From Octopus sinensis (Eukaryota), in the NCBI RefSeq assembly GCF_006345805.1, contig NC_043000.1:20274001-20338000 (forward strand): a DNA stretch of 64,000 nucleotides, given 5' to 3'. The notes under the pieces are model-generated. The model was not told where the DNA came from. It saw nothing but the letters and a program-made list of their open reading frames with translations, and ran no database searches. Position numbers and translations under genes: made by a program. This document shows positions 47,715-60,780 of the stretch, one piece after another; the stretch's first letter is position 1; each line of letters starts with the position of its first letter.

Positions 47715-50083
47715 AGATAACTTGCGTGTTCTGTAAAAGTTTTAGCGAGAACAGCTCGTTCGTCAATACACGATTGTATAGTTTGAACCTAGAAAAGGAC
47801 TACATTACATAGGCTGGTAGAGTTAACAGAAAACGTGAAAAGTTCAAACTGGGCGAGTTAACGTCAGACATGTTTAAGTTTCTGATATTTACTCAGGAAC
47901 CAACTGCAGAAAAAGACGCAGAAGTAAGAACAAGAATTGTCGCTAAGCTGGACAAAATCAAGCTGTAAATATACCACAAGTGTCAGAAGAGTGTGAAAGA
48001 ATAGTAAATTTAAGACACAACACAGAGAAAATTGAACCTAAATATTGCTCCGAAGTGAAACAAGTGCGAAACAAGTAGAACAGAAATCAAGTGTGTATTA
48101 TAATACAATACAAAAAGGACAAAAATCTGGAAACAAACCCATGTTTTGCATGTGGAGGTCTACACCTTAGCAAAAAACTACCCATTTAAGTAAAGTGGAA
48201 TGTTTCCGTTGTGGAAAACTTGGATACGCAAAAACGTACAAAATCAAGATGACAAAACGTTGTGGAAAAAGAAAAAAGAGTAAACAAGACGTTGTCGAAA
48301 AAAAATGGTAACATAACAAAGAGGAAATTTGTAAATGTGAAAATTGAAAATATATGAGTAAAAATGTAGTTAGACACGGTAAGTGATATTACTATTGTGA
48401 CTGAAGAAACTAGGAAGTACATCAATAAGCCAAAATTAAGTAAATCTACAAATGTGGCACACGGTATTACAAGTAAAAGATTGTATTTTGTAAGTGTATC
48501 TGTGTGTAATATGACATTTCGTGACTGGCAAAAGTTGTGTTAAAAAATTCAGTTAATTTATTCGGCACAGAGTGGATGGAACTATTCAAATTGCGGAATA
48601 CACCCATAAGTATTTTGTGTGGGAATGTAGTCAGTTCCGTCGAAGGTTCAAATGCGACTGAAGGATTGAAACGAAAGATAAACAATTTATTCCCAAGTGA
48701 TTTCGGATGAACTGTGCTGCTGCACGAAAACGAAGGCAAAAATTATAGTAAAACAAAGAGTAATACCTGTATTTAAGCCAAAACGCAATGTATCGTTCCC
48801 GTCGTTAGAACAGGTAAATATAGAACTTGAAAGGCTTGAAAGCTTAGGAATAATCGAGAAGACGGACCATTCAAACTTGGCAAAATAAGTTATAAGTTTG
48901 TGCAGATTTTTCAATGGGGCTAAACGATTGCGTAATCTCACATACCTACCCATTGCTGAGTCTTGAGGAAGTGTTCACAAAATTGAATGGGGGGGAATTC
49001 TGAAAATTAGACCTCTCGGAGTCATATTTACAAATCCAAATAGAAGAAGAATGCTCACACTCAGCCATTAATACACACCGAGGCTTATTTAAAATTAAGC
49101 GGCTTCCCTTCGGTACAAAAGTGGCTCCTTTCATATTTTAACAAGTAATGGATACAATGCTGGCGGATAGTAATTTTGCTATCGCCTATTTAGACGATAT
49201 CCTAATAAAAAGCGAATCATACAAACAACTTGTAGAACACGTAAAAGGGGTATTCGAAAAGATTAGAGAGTACTGTTTTAAGTTAAGTGAAGAAAAATGC
49301 GAGTTCTTTCTAAAAAAAAGAAATTAAATACTTGGGCCACATAATAGATAAAAACGGACGGAAACTAGATCCACCCAGAGCAACTGCGATAAAAAATATT
49401 CCCAGCCGAATAATGTGACTATGCTACAAGCATTTTTTGTATTAGTAAATTATTACCAAGTTTATATTCCCAATATACACAATGTAAGGACTCCGCTCAA
49501 TGATTTGTTTAAAAAAATGCAATGATGCTGGACCGATAATGGTGCTTGACCAGAAGGAATTTGACGAATAAAAAAAATTTTAACATCGAACTTATAGTAA
49601 ACGCATTTTGAACCGAAATTGGATATTATATTGGCTACAGATGCGAATGATTACGGTGTAGGAGCAGTGCTTCTGCACAAATATGACGATTGGAGTAACA
49701 ACGCTATAGCCCAAGCGTCACGATCGTTATTACTAGCAGAAAGGAACTATAGTCAAATAGAAAAGGAAGCGTTAACGATCATATTCAATGTGAAAAAATT
49801 TCATAGATTTATTCATGGAAGAAGTTTCTGTCTACAAACGGATCATGACCCACTACTGTCAATATACAGTTCTAAAAAAGGGAATACCAACACATACAGC
49901 GAATAGACAACAGCAATGGGGCACTACATTATTGAATTATGATTACAAAATGGAATATTAACTGTCAAAAAACTAGGGCATGGGGATAGTTTGTCCAGAC
50001 TGATACGGAAACACTGCGAGCTATTCGAAGATATTGTAATCGCAACATTCCCTAAGAAAAAAATTAAATCTTAAAAGGGGAGA
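47715..50083 (+). mobile_element. Gypsy-type LTR retrotransposon remnant (gag knuckle, RT, RNase H; integrase missing)
   Basis: CFACGGLH and CFRCGKLG knuckles, PVFKPKRNV..ELERLESLGII, AYLDDILI, LATDANDYGVGAVL..AERNYSQIEKEAL..TDHDPL. Confidence 0.9.
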
Positions 50084-50240
50084 TGTTATGGGGGTAGAAG
50101 CATAATTATAGAACACGCCTCCCACGTGACGAATGGTATGTTATAGTCGTTACAAATACTGTGAAGCCGGGAAGTCGGTCATAGATAGTCGTGTTTTACT
50201 TGTCTAACTATACTGTTATACCAGAGTGGACGTTATAACA
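50084..50240 (+). mobile_element. 3' LTR (157 bp) of the Gypsy remnant
   Basis: Polypurine tract aaaaggggaga immediately before TGTTAT...ATAACA inverted ends. Confidence 0.75.
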
Positions 50241-50600
50241 GTCCGACGTCACATTACAAGTTTTCTACAGCTTGATGCCCTTCCTAAAGTCAGCCACTTT
50301 ACAGTGTGTACGGTGCACCAACACCAGTGCTTTTTACATGGCACTAGCATCGGCTGCTTTTACGTGACACAACCACCGACAGGTATGTGTGTGTGTGTAA
50401 ATGTATATACATACATATGCACATAGAGATAGATATGTACATATCTATCCCTATAAACATCTAGGAGTGATGTCCATCACTTCCATATGGGATTAGAGGT
50501 GAGTTATCTCGCCTGTCCAGGCTTTCAGATGTTTTAATATCCGACGCTTTCAGAGAGTAAACTCCACCACAGCATATCGCAGCCTACCGGTAAATATTCG

Positions 50601-50768
50601 ATGAATATGTGCTTTAAGTGTAAGTGTTTGTTAGTGTTTACTGCACTAGTGCTGCTTCTATTTCATACTGGAATAATTCAGTATATGTGGAAGAGCTATG
50701 AAAAAACGCCAGAAGGGGGAAGTATCAATAAAACGAATTGGAGGTTTGTAGCTATAAAAAAATTTAAG
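50601..50768 (+). CDS. Possible first coding exon with a type II signal anchor
   Basis: MNMCFKCKCLLVFTALVLLLFHTGIIQYMWKSYEK..KFK|gt; hydrophobic stretch and phase-0 GT; no homology evidence. Confidence 0.3.
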
Positions 50769-50854
50769 GTTTATATATATTTTTAAAAAGTGTTGCATAG
50801 ATGATGTTGACATTTTACAATTAGGCCTCTCTACTTGCTATTTTGCTATTTTGC

Positions 50855-51050
50855 TATTTTTGCTTGTTTCAGTCATTTAACTGCGGCCATGCTGGAGCAC
50901 CGCCTTTAGTCGAGCAAATCTATCCCAGGACTTATTCTTTGGAAGCCTAGTACTTATTTTATCTGTCTCTTTTGCTGAACCGCTAAGTTACAGGGACATA
51001 AACACACCAGCATCGGTTGTCAAGCGATGTTGGGAGGCAAACACAGACAC
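50855..51050 (-). mobile_element. SINE S1 3' half
   Basis: Reverse complement of the S1 tail. Confidence 0.85.
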
Positions 51051-51061
51051 AACATATACAC

Positions 51062-51094
<33 letters not shown>

Positions 51095-51214
51095 GATATA
51101 TCTATATATATATATATATATATATATAACGGGAAGCTTTATGAAAATAAACAAAAGACGAAGGCAGGTGGAAAACAAACGAACAATTGTATTAGTATGG
51201 CGCTCAGGAAATAT

Positions 51215-53205
51215 AAATAAAACAAGTCTTTAACGTTTCGAGCCTACGCTCTTCACAGAAAGATACACAGGAGAGAGAAAAACACAGAAAGAAGGAGAGA
51301 AAAAAAATGCGTGCAGTAGCTAACGAATCAACATGGCGATCTGATTTCGGCCAGAGGTCAAAGATCAAACATGAGACGCGAGAGCGAAATAAGGGGAGAT
51401 AATAGGGTTGATAAAAGCGTAGAGGGACCAGCTAAGTGTGCGTAGGAGGGGTCTGGATGTGTGTATGTATAGGGTTGGTGTATGTATTAGTATGTATAAG
51501 GGTGTGTGTGTGTGTGTGTGTGTGTGTATGAGAGAGTATTAGTGCGTAGGATTGGTCTGGACGTGCGTATGTATGGGGTTGGTGTATGTATTAGTATGTA
51601 TTAGTATGTATTAGTACGTATTGGTATGTATAAGTGTGTGTGTGTGTGTATGAGAGAGTATAAGTGCGTATGCGGGGTCTGGACGTGTGTATGTATAGGG
51701 TTGTATGTATTAGTATGTACTAGTATGTATTAGTACGTATTAGTATGTATTAGTTGGGTGTGTATTAGTATGGCACATCATATGTGATGTGATGTGTAAA
51801 GTCATGTGGTGTAGTGAGGAGAAGAGGGGAGGGGGAGAGAAGGGGAGGGGAAGAAGAGGGGGGGAGAGGGGGAAGAGGAGAGGAGGGGGAGAAGGAAGGG
51901 GATGAGGGGGATGAAGGAGAAAAGAGGGAGAGGGGGAGAGAGAAGGGGAGAGAGGGAGCAGAGGGAAGGGGAAAAGGGAGGGAGAAAGAGGGAAGAAGGG
52001 AAGGGGAGTAGGGGTGAAAGGATGAAGGACTGAAGAAGTAGGGGTCGGGGGGAAAGGATAGGTGAGGAGGGGGGGAGAGGGGTTAGATGAGGAGGGGGGA
52101 GAGTTGAGACCAAATGGCGTATAAGAGCGAAGAGAGAAGATTAATTCCTGTTCACGGCGCAAACGGGAATCCGGATGGCCTCTGTGTAAGGACAAACCGA
52201 ACACAGATAGGTGTTGCAAGGAGTGACCGGTGGAGCGGAAATGGCGTGAGACCGGTGTGTCGTTCGCAAGGTGGATGTCACGAAGGTGTTCCGCGAACCG
52301 GTCAGCTTAGCGGCGTCCCGTTTGTCCGATGTACAAGGAATTGCAGAGAGAGCAAGAGATGCAATAGATAATATTGCTGGAGGTGCAGGTGAAGGAGTGG
52401 ATGATGGGATAGGGTCGATGGTGGGTGCTAGTGAGGCGGGTGGTGTTGGAGAGGTAAGGGCAAGTGCGGCAACGTGGGCGGGAGCAGGGGAACGAGCCGG
52501 TTTGGGAGGTAGGGTCAGGGAAGGAGCTATGGACCAAAGGTCTCGAAGGTTTGTGGCTCGTTTGAAAGAGGGGAGGGGGTCGGTAGGGAAGAGGTGTGAA
52601 GTGGACGGGTCGGACTGGAGATGACGGAAAGCTCGAAGAATGGTGCGTTGGAGACGTAGGGTCGTGGGGTGGTAAGTGAGGGGAAAAGGGAGGCGGGAGA
52701 CTACAGGGCGGGTTCGGGGAGAGAGAGCAGATACACGGTCCACGGACCGTGCTCTGGCAAGGCGGTGTGGATAGTGGTGAGGGGGTATCCACGTAGGGTG
52801 AAGGGTGAGCCATACGTTGAGACTGAGTCTCAAAGTCATGGTCGTCACTACAGAGCCTACGTAGACGGAGGAATTGGGATAGGGGATGGAAAGCTTGGTG
52901 TGTTCTGGGTGGGAGGAGAGAAGTTGAGGTATGAGTGTGAGTCTGTGTGTTTGTAGTGAATGGAGGTGGTAAGAGTGGAGTGAAGAATGCTAACCGAAAT
53001 AGTCGAGGAAGGAGACAGAGGTGTTGGAGATAGTGGAAGTGAAGTGGAGGGCTGGATGGAAAGATTGGACGAAAGAGAGGAAGGAATCTAGATGTTCGCG
53101 GGAGAGTGAGGTGGCACCGATAATGTCGTCAATGTAACGACCATATAGTTCAGGAGTGGGACCAGTGAAATTAGAGAATATTTGGGCCTCAACATAGCCA
53201 TACAG
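51215..53205 (-). mobile_element. Penelope-like element (RT C-terminus, GIY-YIG, purine/pyrimidine-skewed 3' region, terminal hammerhead-like motif)
   Basis: YGRYIDDIIG..SFLDISV..YKHTDSHSYL..H..IPYSQFLRLRRLCS; FKRATNLRDL; PCSRPRCRTC..FTCTSSNIIYCISC..C..LYIGQTGR..VSRHF. Confidence 0.92.
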
Positions 53206-53803
53206 TATTTAATCATATCAAAGGGAAATGGAATTTAATTAAAATTAAAACATTCAATCAAAATTTACATTTCTAGTGGTCTAACGTGCAAAAAATATTA
53301 GTCAAAAAGACTATATATTAGTCATACGATATAGTGTATATTTATACACATAAGGAATCCACTTGTAGGGAATTCAACACATTAGAAAGAACAGCTAGGT
53401 TCTGTAAACCACAAAAATAATGGATAAAATTCGACAGGAATAAATTTGGAAATGAAAAAACATTTAACATCTAGTACCCTGGACATGAGAGAAATCTATA
53501 TGAATAGAATAATGTGGTAAAGGGAGATGGGGAAGGAAGCGCTTGCAAGCAACACTGTCATGCGATATTTCCGTTTGAAATCAATAATCGTGGCCTAACC
53601 GTGCACGTCTTTGTGTAAACAGCGTGCGACAATTGTGAGACAATTGTCAGCTTCTAAACAAAAATAATTCTGCACGCAGCGTCCGGGCACAGGTCACATT
53701 AAGAACACGGTCTCTAACTAACGTGGCTGGGTCTGAGACACCATAAATTAGTAGGTTAATGGAGATGCGATGTTTCAGTCTGTAATCAAGGGCTGCAGAA
53801 TAT

Positions 53804-54258
53804 GGATATTTTCGGTTTGAACGGCAGTTTTTTCGAGCGGTGTCATATGAAATTGTCACCCATAATTATGACCCAAGTATCGATCTATCGCATTTCAATC
53901 TGTTTTAGGGTTAGGGTTAGTTAGGGTTAGTTAGTGTTAGTTGGGGTTAGGGTTAGGGGTGGGGGGAGGGTGTCTTTTTTTCTTCACAAATGTAAATAAA
54001 CCCAATCTGTTTCTTAAACGAGGGACATATTCATACGGCACAGAATGCTTTTTTTAACTCAATAGACGTCAGTGATTGGTTGAAATTGCAGAAATTGAAG
54101 AAAAAAAAGCAACAAATATCTTACAAACTATAGAATTTTCTCAATAAAGCCAAGATAAAAAGATGTTTTATAAACACATTCTACCAGTATACGAAGTTTA
54201 AAATTTTTTAGTTACCTAGAAATTATGCTAGAAACTGCCGTTCAAACCGAAAAGATCC
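53804..54258. mobile_element. MITE with 27-bp TIRs, probable 8-bp TSD and internal TTAGGG-like repeats
   Basis: ggatattttcggtttgaacggcagttt / aaactgccgttcaaaccgaaaagatcc; flanks cagaatat / aagaatat. Confidence 0.85.
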
Positions 54259-54496
54259 AAGAATATTTGTATGGGCTTCGCCTATGCTTAGAAGGAAGCG
54301 AAAAGGAAATAGTTGAATAGTTGCTCAGGATTTAACATATTTTAGCATATATTTCATAACGAACATAGTGCGTTCCAAACAGTTTCCATTCCAACAAATA
54401 TAGTACTACGGAAACAGGCTATTATTACTACCACTTAGGCAACGCAGTTGTATCGGTTCATCCATTTAATACAACCTCCTTATATTATTTGGGTAG

Positions 54497-54700
54497 AAGG
54501 CGGCGAGCTGACAGAAACGTTAGCCCGCCGGGCGAAATGCGTAGCCGTATTTCGTCTGCCGTTACGTTCTGAGTTCAAATTCCGCCGAGGTCGACTTTGT
54601 CTTTCATCCTTTCGGGGGTCGATGTAATCGACTTAATCCGTTTGTCTGTCCTTGTTTGTCCTCTCTGTGTTGAGCCCCTTGTGGGTAGTAAAGAAATATA
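54497..54700 (+). mobile_element. SINE S2 with internal deletion
   Basis: Head, B-box and tail present. Confidence 0.88.
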
Positions 54701-54846
54701 TATTATTTCGGTAGCTGTTTGAAAAGAAGCAAACGCGTAGACCATGCAGGTAGTCGTACGTACTCCAGAAAAGGGGATCCATTATTCCATGTGAAAAAGC
54801 TTAAGAATCTAAAACCATTTCTGGAACATAAGTAATGTATGTTCCC

Positions 54847-55255
54847 AGGAGTGGCTGTATGGTAAGTCGCTTGTTTACCAGCCACATGGTTCTGGGTTCA
54901 GTCCCACTGCGTGGCACCTTGGGCAAGTGTCTTCTGCTATAGCCTCGGGCCGACCAAAGCCTTGTGAGTGGATTTGGTAGACGGAAATTGAAAGAAGCCT
55001 GTCGTATATATGTATATATATGTATATATGTGTGTGCGTGTATGTTTGTGTTTGTCCCCCTAGCATTGCTTGACAACCGATGCTGGTGTGCTTATGTCCC
55101 CGTCACTTAACGGTTCGGCAAAAAAGAGACCGATAGAATAAGTACTGAGCTTACAGAGAATAAGTCCCGGGGTCGAGTTGCTCGATTAAAGGCGGTGCTC
55201 CAGCATGGCCGCAGTCAAATGACTGAAACAAGTAAAAGAGTAAAAGAGAAAAGAG
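54847..55255 (+). mobile_element. SINE S1, full length
   Basis: Complete head, core and tail. Confidence 0.92.
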
Positions 55256-55582
55256 AGAGAGAGTTTGGCGAAAATCAGTTGTGCGCGCGCGCAAACGCAC
55301 ACTACATCCCCAGTTTTACATATATATCATTATATATATCATTATTAGAGGGAGAGAAATTAATATAAGTATGTCATCAAGAGTAATATCTCTTGAACCA
55401 ACGAAGCAACCAAGTTATGCGATTGTTTGTACTGTTTACCTAGCAAAGTGGGGTTTTGCGTCCATGGGGCCCATTACTCATTACGTGAAGACTTTTAATA
55501 GTCTAAAACCATTTCTGGAACATAAGTAATTTATGTTTCTAGTTTGGAGAAAATCAGTTGCGAACTTCAGAAGTTATCCGCG

Positions 55583-55616
<34 letters not shown>

Positions 55617-55664
55617 ACACACACACACTCACACACACACATACGCATCCTCAGTTTTATTTAT

Positions 55665-55729
<65 letters not shown>

Positions 55730-55740
55730 AGATATAGTGC
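55255..55740 (+). mobile_element. Helentron/HINE-like 3' ends (two) with (CA)n and (GATA)n
   Basis: tttgg(c/a)gaaaatcagttg..cagttttat..atagat at about 55265-55325 and 55545-55660. Confidence 0.55.
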
Positions 55741-55864
55741 AACAAATGTGCACATAACGTTCTTAAAAGTGATGAAATTTAACAATAATTCAGGACCGTC
55801 GAACAGATGTGCTTTCCTTGCAAGTACAATAGCACCGACAACAATAAGAACAACGGCAAGAATG

Positions 55865-55937
<73 letters not shown>

Positions 55938-55945
55938 TAATAATA

Positions 55946-56203
55946 AATGGCAGAAATTCAAAAGATAGTGCTCATGGGAACTGCTCATATCCTACGCAAA
56001 ATACTTTCTAAGTAATCTCAAGTTTTAAAACAAACATAATTTGTGTATGGTGTTTTAGACATTCACTAGTACAACACTAAGTACAAAACCAAATATATGG
56101 CACCGTAGGCATAGCACCAACACGAACTTTCAACTTGTTGTCTCTTGAGGTCTCTGGGTGAGACTTGGAGCCAACTTGTATAAATGTAAGGCAAAAGTCA
56201 AAC

Positions 56204-56204
<1 letters not shown>
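55946..56204 (+). mobile_element. Family C 3' tip
   Basis: AEIQKIVLMGTAHILRKILS* and UTR, between (TAA)n tracts. Confidence 0.88.
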
Positions 56205-56246
<42 letters not shown>

Positions 56247-56261
56247 TAATAATAATAATAT

Positions 56262-56305
<44 letters not shown>

Positions 56306-58691
56306 GGCACTGCAAAAACTAAGCAACTGGAAGGCACCTGGGCATGACAAGATCCCTAACTTCTGGTTGAAATATCTAACAGGAATGCACAAAAAGCTGG
56401 CTGAAAACTTTAACAGCATACTAGCAGAGCCAGAGACAATGCCTGAATGGCTCACGAAAGGGGAAAACCATCTTAATTCCTAAATCAAATGAAACAGCAA
56501 AACCAGAAAACTACAGACCAATAACCTGCCTCCCTACTATGTTCAAGGCATTTACTGCAGTGATATCGCAAAGGCTCAACAAGCACCTGGACGAAAACAA
56601 ACTGTTCCCAGAAGAGCAGAAAGGATGCCGCAAACGCTCATATGGCTGTAAAGATCAATTAATGATTAATAAAGCCGTAACTGAAGACAGCCACAGAAAG
56701 AAGAAAGGCCTCGGTATGGCCTGGATTGACTACAAAAAGGCGTTTGATAGCATCCCCCACACATGGATCCTCGAAACACTAGCCATTAACAAAGTAGCAC
56801 CAACAATTATAAAATTCATAGAGCACTCTATGAATAAATGGCAAACAGTCCTACACCTCCAAACAAAAGAGGGACTCATGAAAACCAAAGCCATCCCCAT
56901 TAGAAGAGGAATATTCCAGGGAGACACGCTCTCTCCACTCCTTTTCTGCTTGGCACTGTCACCTCTATCTGATATGCTAAATAGAACTGGATGCGGATAT
57001 AAATGTTACGGCAAAACGATCAGCCACCTTTTATATATGGATGACCTAAAACTATACGCTGCAAATGACAAACAGCTGGAAAAACTATTAAAGACAGTTC
57101 ATGGATTTACCAAAGAAATAGATATGAAATTTGGATTAGAAAAATGCGCCAAAGTAACCCTGAAAAGAGGGAAACTAGTTAAGAGTAACAACATCACACT
57201 AGATAAAACCAATGAAATAAAAGAATTAGACCAAAGCCAAACTTACAAATACTTAGGAATCCATGAACTAGATAAGACACAACACACACAAATGAAATAG
57301 AAAATAAAAAAAGAATATTATAGACGAGTTAGATCAATATAAACACAGAGCTCAATGCTAAAAACAAGATAATAGGTATCAACACTTTAGCTGTCCCAGT
57401 TATAAGTTACAGCTACAATATCCTTAACTGGACACGAAATGAACTGTCCAAAATAGATAGGAAAACAAGAAAAATAATGACAGGATCTAGGATGCATCAC
57501 CCAAAATCTGACATAGAAAGACTATATATACAACGTATAGAAGGTGGTAGAGGCCTTATACAGCTGGAAAACTACTATAAAATAACCACCATAGGACTGC
57601 AAAAATACCTACTTCAGAAGGAAGGAAAACTGATCCAGATAGCAGCAAAACACGAGCAAAACAAAAAACTGTTCTCAGTATTTAGGGAAGCTGACAAATA
57701 CAAACAAGAAATCATACCACCTAATAAACACGAAGAAGAAGAAGAAGATGATGAAGAAACAACAAAAGCTATAAAACAAATGAAATCCAAACTAAAAATA
57801 GAACAGCAACGAACCATGATAAAACGATGGAAAGAAAAGCCCCTTCATGGTAAATACTGCACTAAACTAAACGCAAAAGAAATAGACAAAGAAAAATCCC
57901 AGCAATGGTTGAGAAGCTCAGGACTCAAAGCAGAAACAGAGGGATTTTTAATTGCAGCACAAGACCAAAGCCTCCCCACCAGAAATTACCAAAAACATGT
58001 AATGAAAAGAAATATTACAAGTAACTGCAGAATATGTGGAGATGGACAAGAAACAATAAATCATATTATCTCTAGCTGCCCAGTCCTGGCTAAGAAGGAA
58101 TATATTCACAGACATGACAGAGTTGGAACATACATACATTGGAAGCTATGCCAACATTATGGAATAACAACAGAAAAAAGATGATATAGGCACACACCAG
58201 AAAAGGTCACAGAAAACGAGAAAGCAACCATACTCTGGGATATGCCGATACACACAGATAGAGAAATTAAGACCAACAGACCAGATATAGTTGTCAGAGA
58301 TCATGAAGAAAAAAATGCTTTCTAATTGATGTATCAATACCGGCAGATGACAACGTGTCTCTAAAAGAAATGGAGAAACTCTCAAAATACAAAGACCTGG
58401 AAATAGAGGTAACTAAAATGTGGAATCTGAAAACAGAAACAATTCCTATCATAGTAGGTGCATTAGGCATGATAAAAAAATATTCAGACAAATACATAAC
58501 AAAAACACCAGGACATACAAACACATATAACATACAGAAAATTGCACTACTAGGCACTGCACACATCCTACGCAGAACACTTTCCATACAATAACCATCA
58601 GAGCATCACAACAAATCACAGCACAAACCCAAGGCACACAGAGCTGCGCTCGGTAGTGAAGTGAAAGCACGCTATAAAAATAAAACTACTG
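56306..58691 (+). mobile_element. Family A 5'-truncated copy with complete 3' end
   Basis: RT ORFs 56539-57300 and 57477-58184, RLE 58355-58594, UTR, (TAA)n. Confidence 0.96.
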
Positions 58692-58713
58692 AATAATAAT
58701 AATAATAATAATA

Positions 58714-59152
58714 GGTAGTCATGATGGGTATACTGGGCTTCGTATATTTTACCCCAGTGTCACTTTGATGGCATGCACTGCTCTCTCACTCAAAAATAAT
58801 AATAATAATGATAAGTTGGGTAGCATCATGGCCATGTGTTGAAAGGAATTCTTGGAGGTTTGGATAATTAACCTTTGGAAACATGGGTGTTCTGTTCAAC
58901 ATCCTTAGGCAATCCTTATTCAGGGACCTTTTGAGCGGGATGAGTTACTCGACCAGAAGAAAATTCTAACTGGGCCTTACCTGCAAGGTCATGCGCTGTT
59001 TAACTTGATATGAAATCACTATGTCGCGCACATATGGTTGTGATGCATGTGCCTAGTGTACCCTTATCAGACGGGTAGTCATGATGGGTATATTGGGCTT
59101 CGTATATTTTACCCCAGTGTCACTTTGATGGCATGCACTGCTCTCTCACTCC
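58714..59152 (+). mobile_element. Two tandem 5'-truncated copies of the 555-nt element (58714-58791 and 58814-59152)
   Basis: Same 3' end as 18030, different 5' starts, separated by (TAA)n. Confidence 0.85.
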
Positions 59153-59182
59153 ATAATAATAATAATAATAATAATAATGATG

Positions 59183-59245
<63 letters not shown>

Positions 59246-59376
59246 GAAAGTATTAGATAGCTGAAAAGGACGAATAGCATGGTACTCTAGACTGCAGGTT
59301 GTAAGCCACGCTACGCATGCAAGACTCCAGGAGCTCCAGCAAAACTTGTCATAAAGAGAAAATAATAATAATAATA

Positions 59377-60780
59377 GGTAAAGAGTGTCACTGTGGTGCG
59401 TTGAGGACACCAAAATAGTCGTCCACAAGGCACCACAGCAACCCTCTTTCACCCGTTTAACGTGAGTGGTCCCACAGCGCATATAGCAACACGCATACAC
59501 TGTCCATCCGGTGGTTTTGTTACACTATACCAAAGCTGAGTCTAAGGTGCACACGCGGTAGGTCATCGCCGGTACTGTTTTTTACTGCAGGTGGTGCCAT
59601 CGTGCCTTGAGAGGTACGCGTTCGCCTACGAGCATCCCCACCCACTTGCTGGCACGCGGTCTCTAGGACGTACGATCGGCGTTACAACCTAGCTTCAGCG
59701 GAGGGCGCACAAGGAGGGGTCGATCGAGTTCGGTGCTCTCCGACGTTTGGCCGCTCCCGTGTGTAGGTCGCTTTCGAGGCAAACCCCATTCAAGCGCAGC
59801 ACGAACCACAACGGCGAACCCGGGACAAATTGGCCGCGCATCGAGGCTCATACTTTCGGTGACCGCAACCTCCAGCCCCAGGGCCAAGTCCCGCCGCCTG
59901 TGCAGCCCTGTAAAGGACGGAAGGAACCACGAGGTTCTGGTGTATGAAGGTAAGTGGGGCCACCCATCAAGTGAGAGAGCTTTCCAACCAGTACGACCTG
60001 CAGAACGTGGCCACAGCGGAAGGGTCATCAGCCCCAAGACGCCGGTGTGTTATAGTGGACGGTGCCACTTACCTCGAATTTTGGTGGTCATCGGTATGCT
60101 CTGATGTATTATAGTGGACAGCACCACCGCCGATATTCCGCAAGAGCGGCCAAGCGAAGGGCAAGCGGGGCCCTGATCTTCGTGGATGAAACCATGCGTC
60201 CAGGTGACGAATCCATACCCCTGCGGAGAAGGCCGCTCTCCCCACGATGTCACGGATCATAACTGCACCTAAATTCCCGGTGTTTTAGCGAGGTCGGTGC
60301 CACCTTGCACCGACGGCTGAGCGCATGCCAGATCCATCTAACGCCCACGGCTATAATTGGTGCCGTCGGAAGGAAGGGACCCTTTAGGTCGCTCGAGGAC
60401 CGGATATTCAACACATGGCCGCAATCCGAGGTACGTTAGGGTCTATGTACAGAAGCGAGACCTCCGGATTTCGTGGGCGAGCCACCCGTTCAGGGAGAAC
60501 ATCATCGCGCTTCTCTGGGGCGGCAGAGGAGAAGATCACGGACCGTATCTAAACGCCCGGTGTATTTAGGCGAAGGCGGTACCACCGGGGTCGTCAGGTA
60601 GCCGTACTATCCCAGGTTCGACGCCGGTGCGGATCTACGGCAACAAGTTACGGGCCGGCGCCAAGTTGGTCGCCTCGTACCCAAGGGAAGCTCAGACCGT
60701 GGCCACTCCCCGGAATGGGCTTTTGCACGACTCGGGATAACCCACCGAATGGGTACTTCTACTTCACAAGCTGCTCTAAT
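59377..60780. other. GC/CpG-rich 1.4-kb island of unknown origin, possibly a decayed RLE-type retroelement
   Basis: Sharp compositional contrast; begins at (TAA)n with a long hairpin; FYCRWC..HLL finger-like peptide on +. Confidence 0.35.

Noticed and set aside
53905-53965. True telomere or chromosome fusion site
   Set aside because: Short, imperfect, single-orientation and enclosed by MITE TIRs.
60200-60250. QGYGFVTW on the - strand resembling an RRM RNP-1 motif
   Set aside because: An isolated short match with no RNP-2 or flanking RRM pattern; likely chance.
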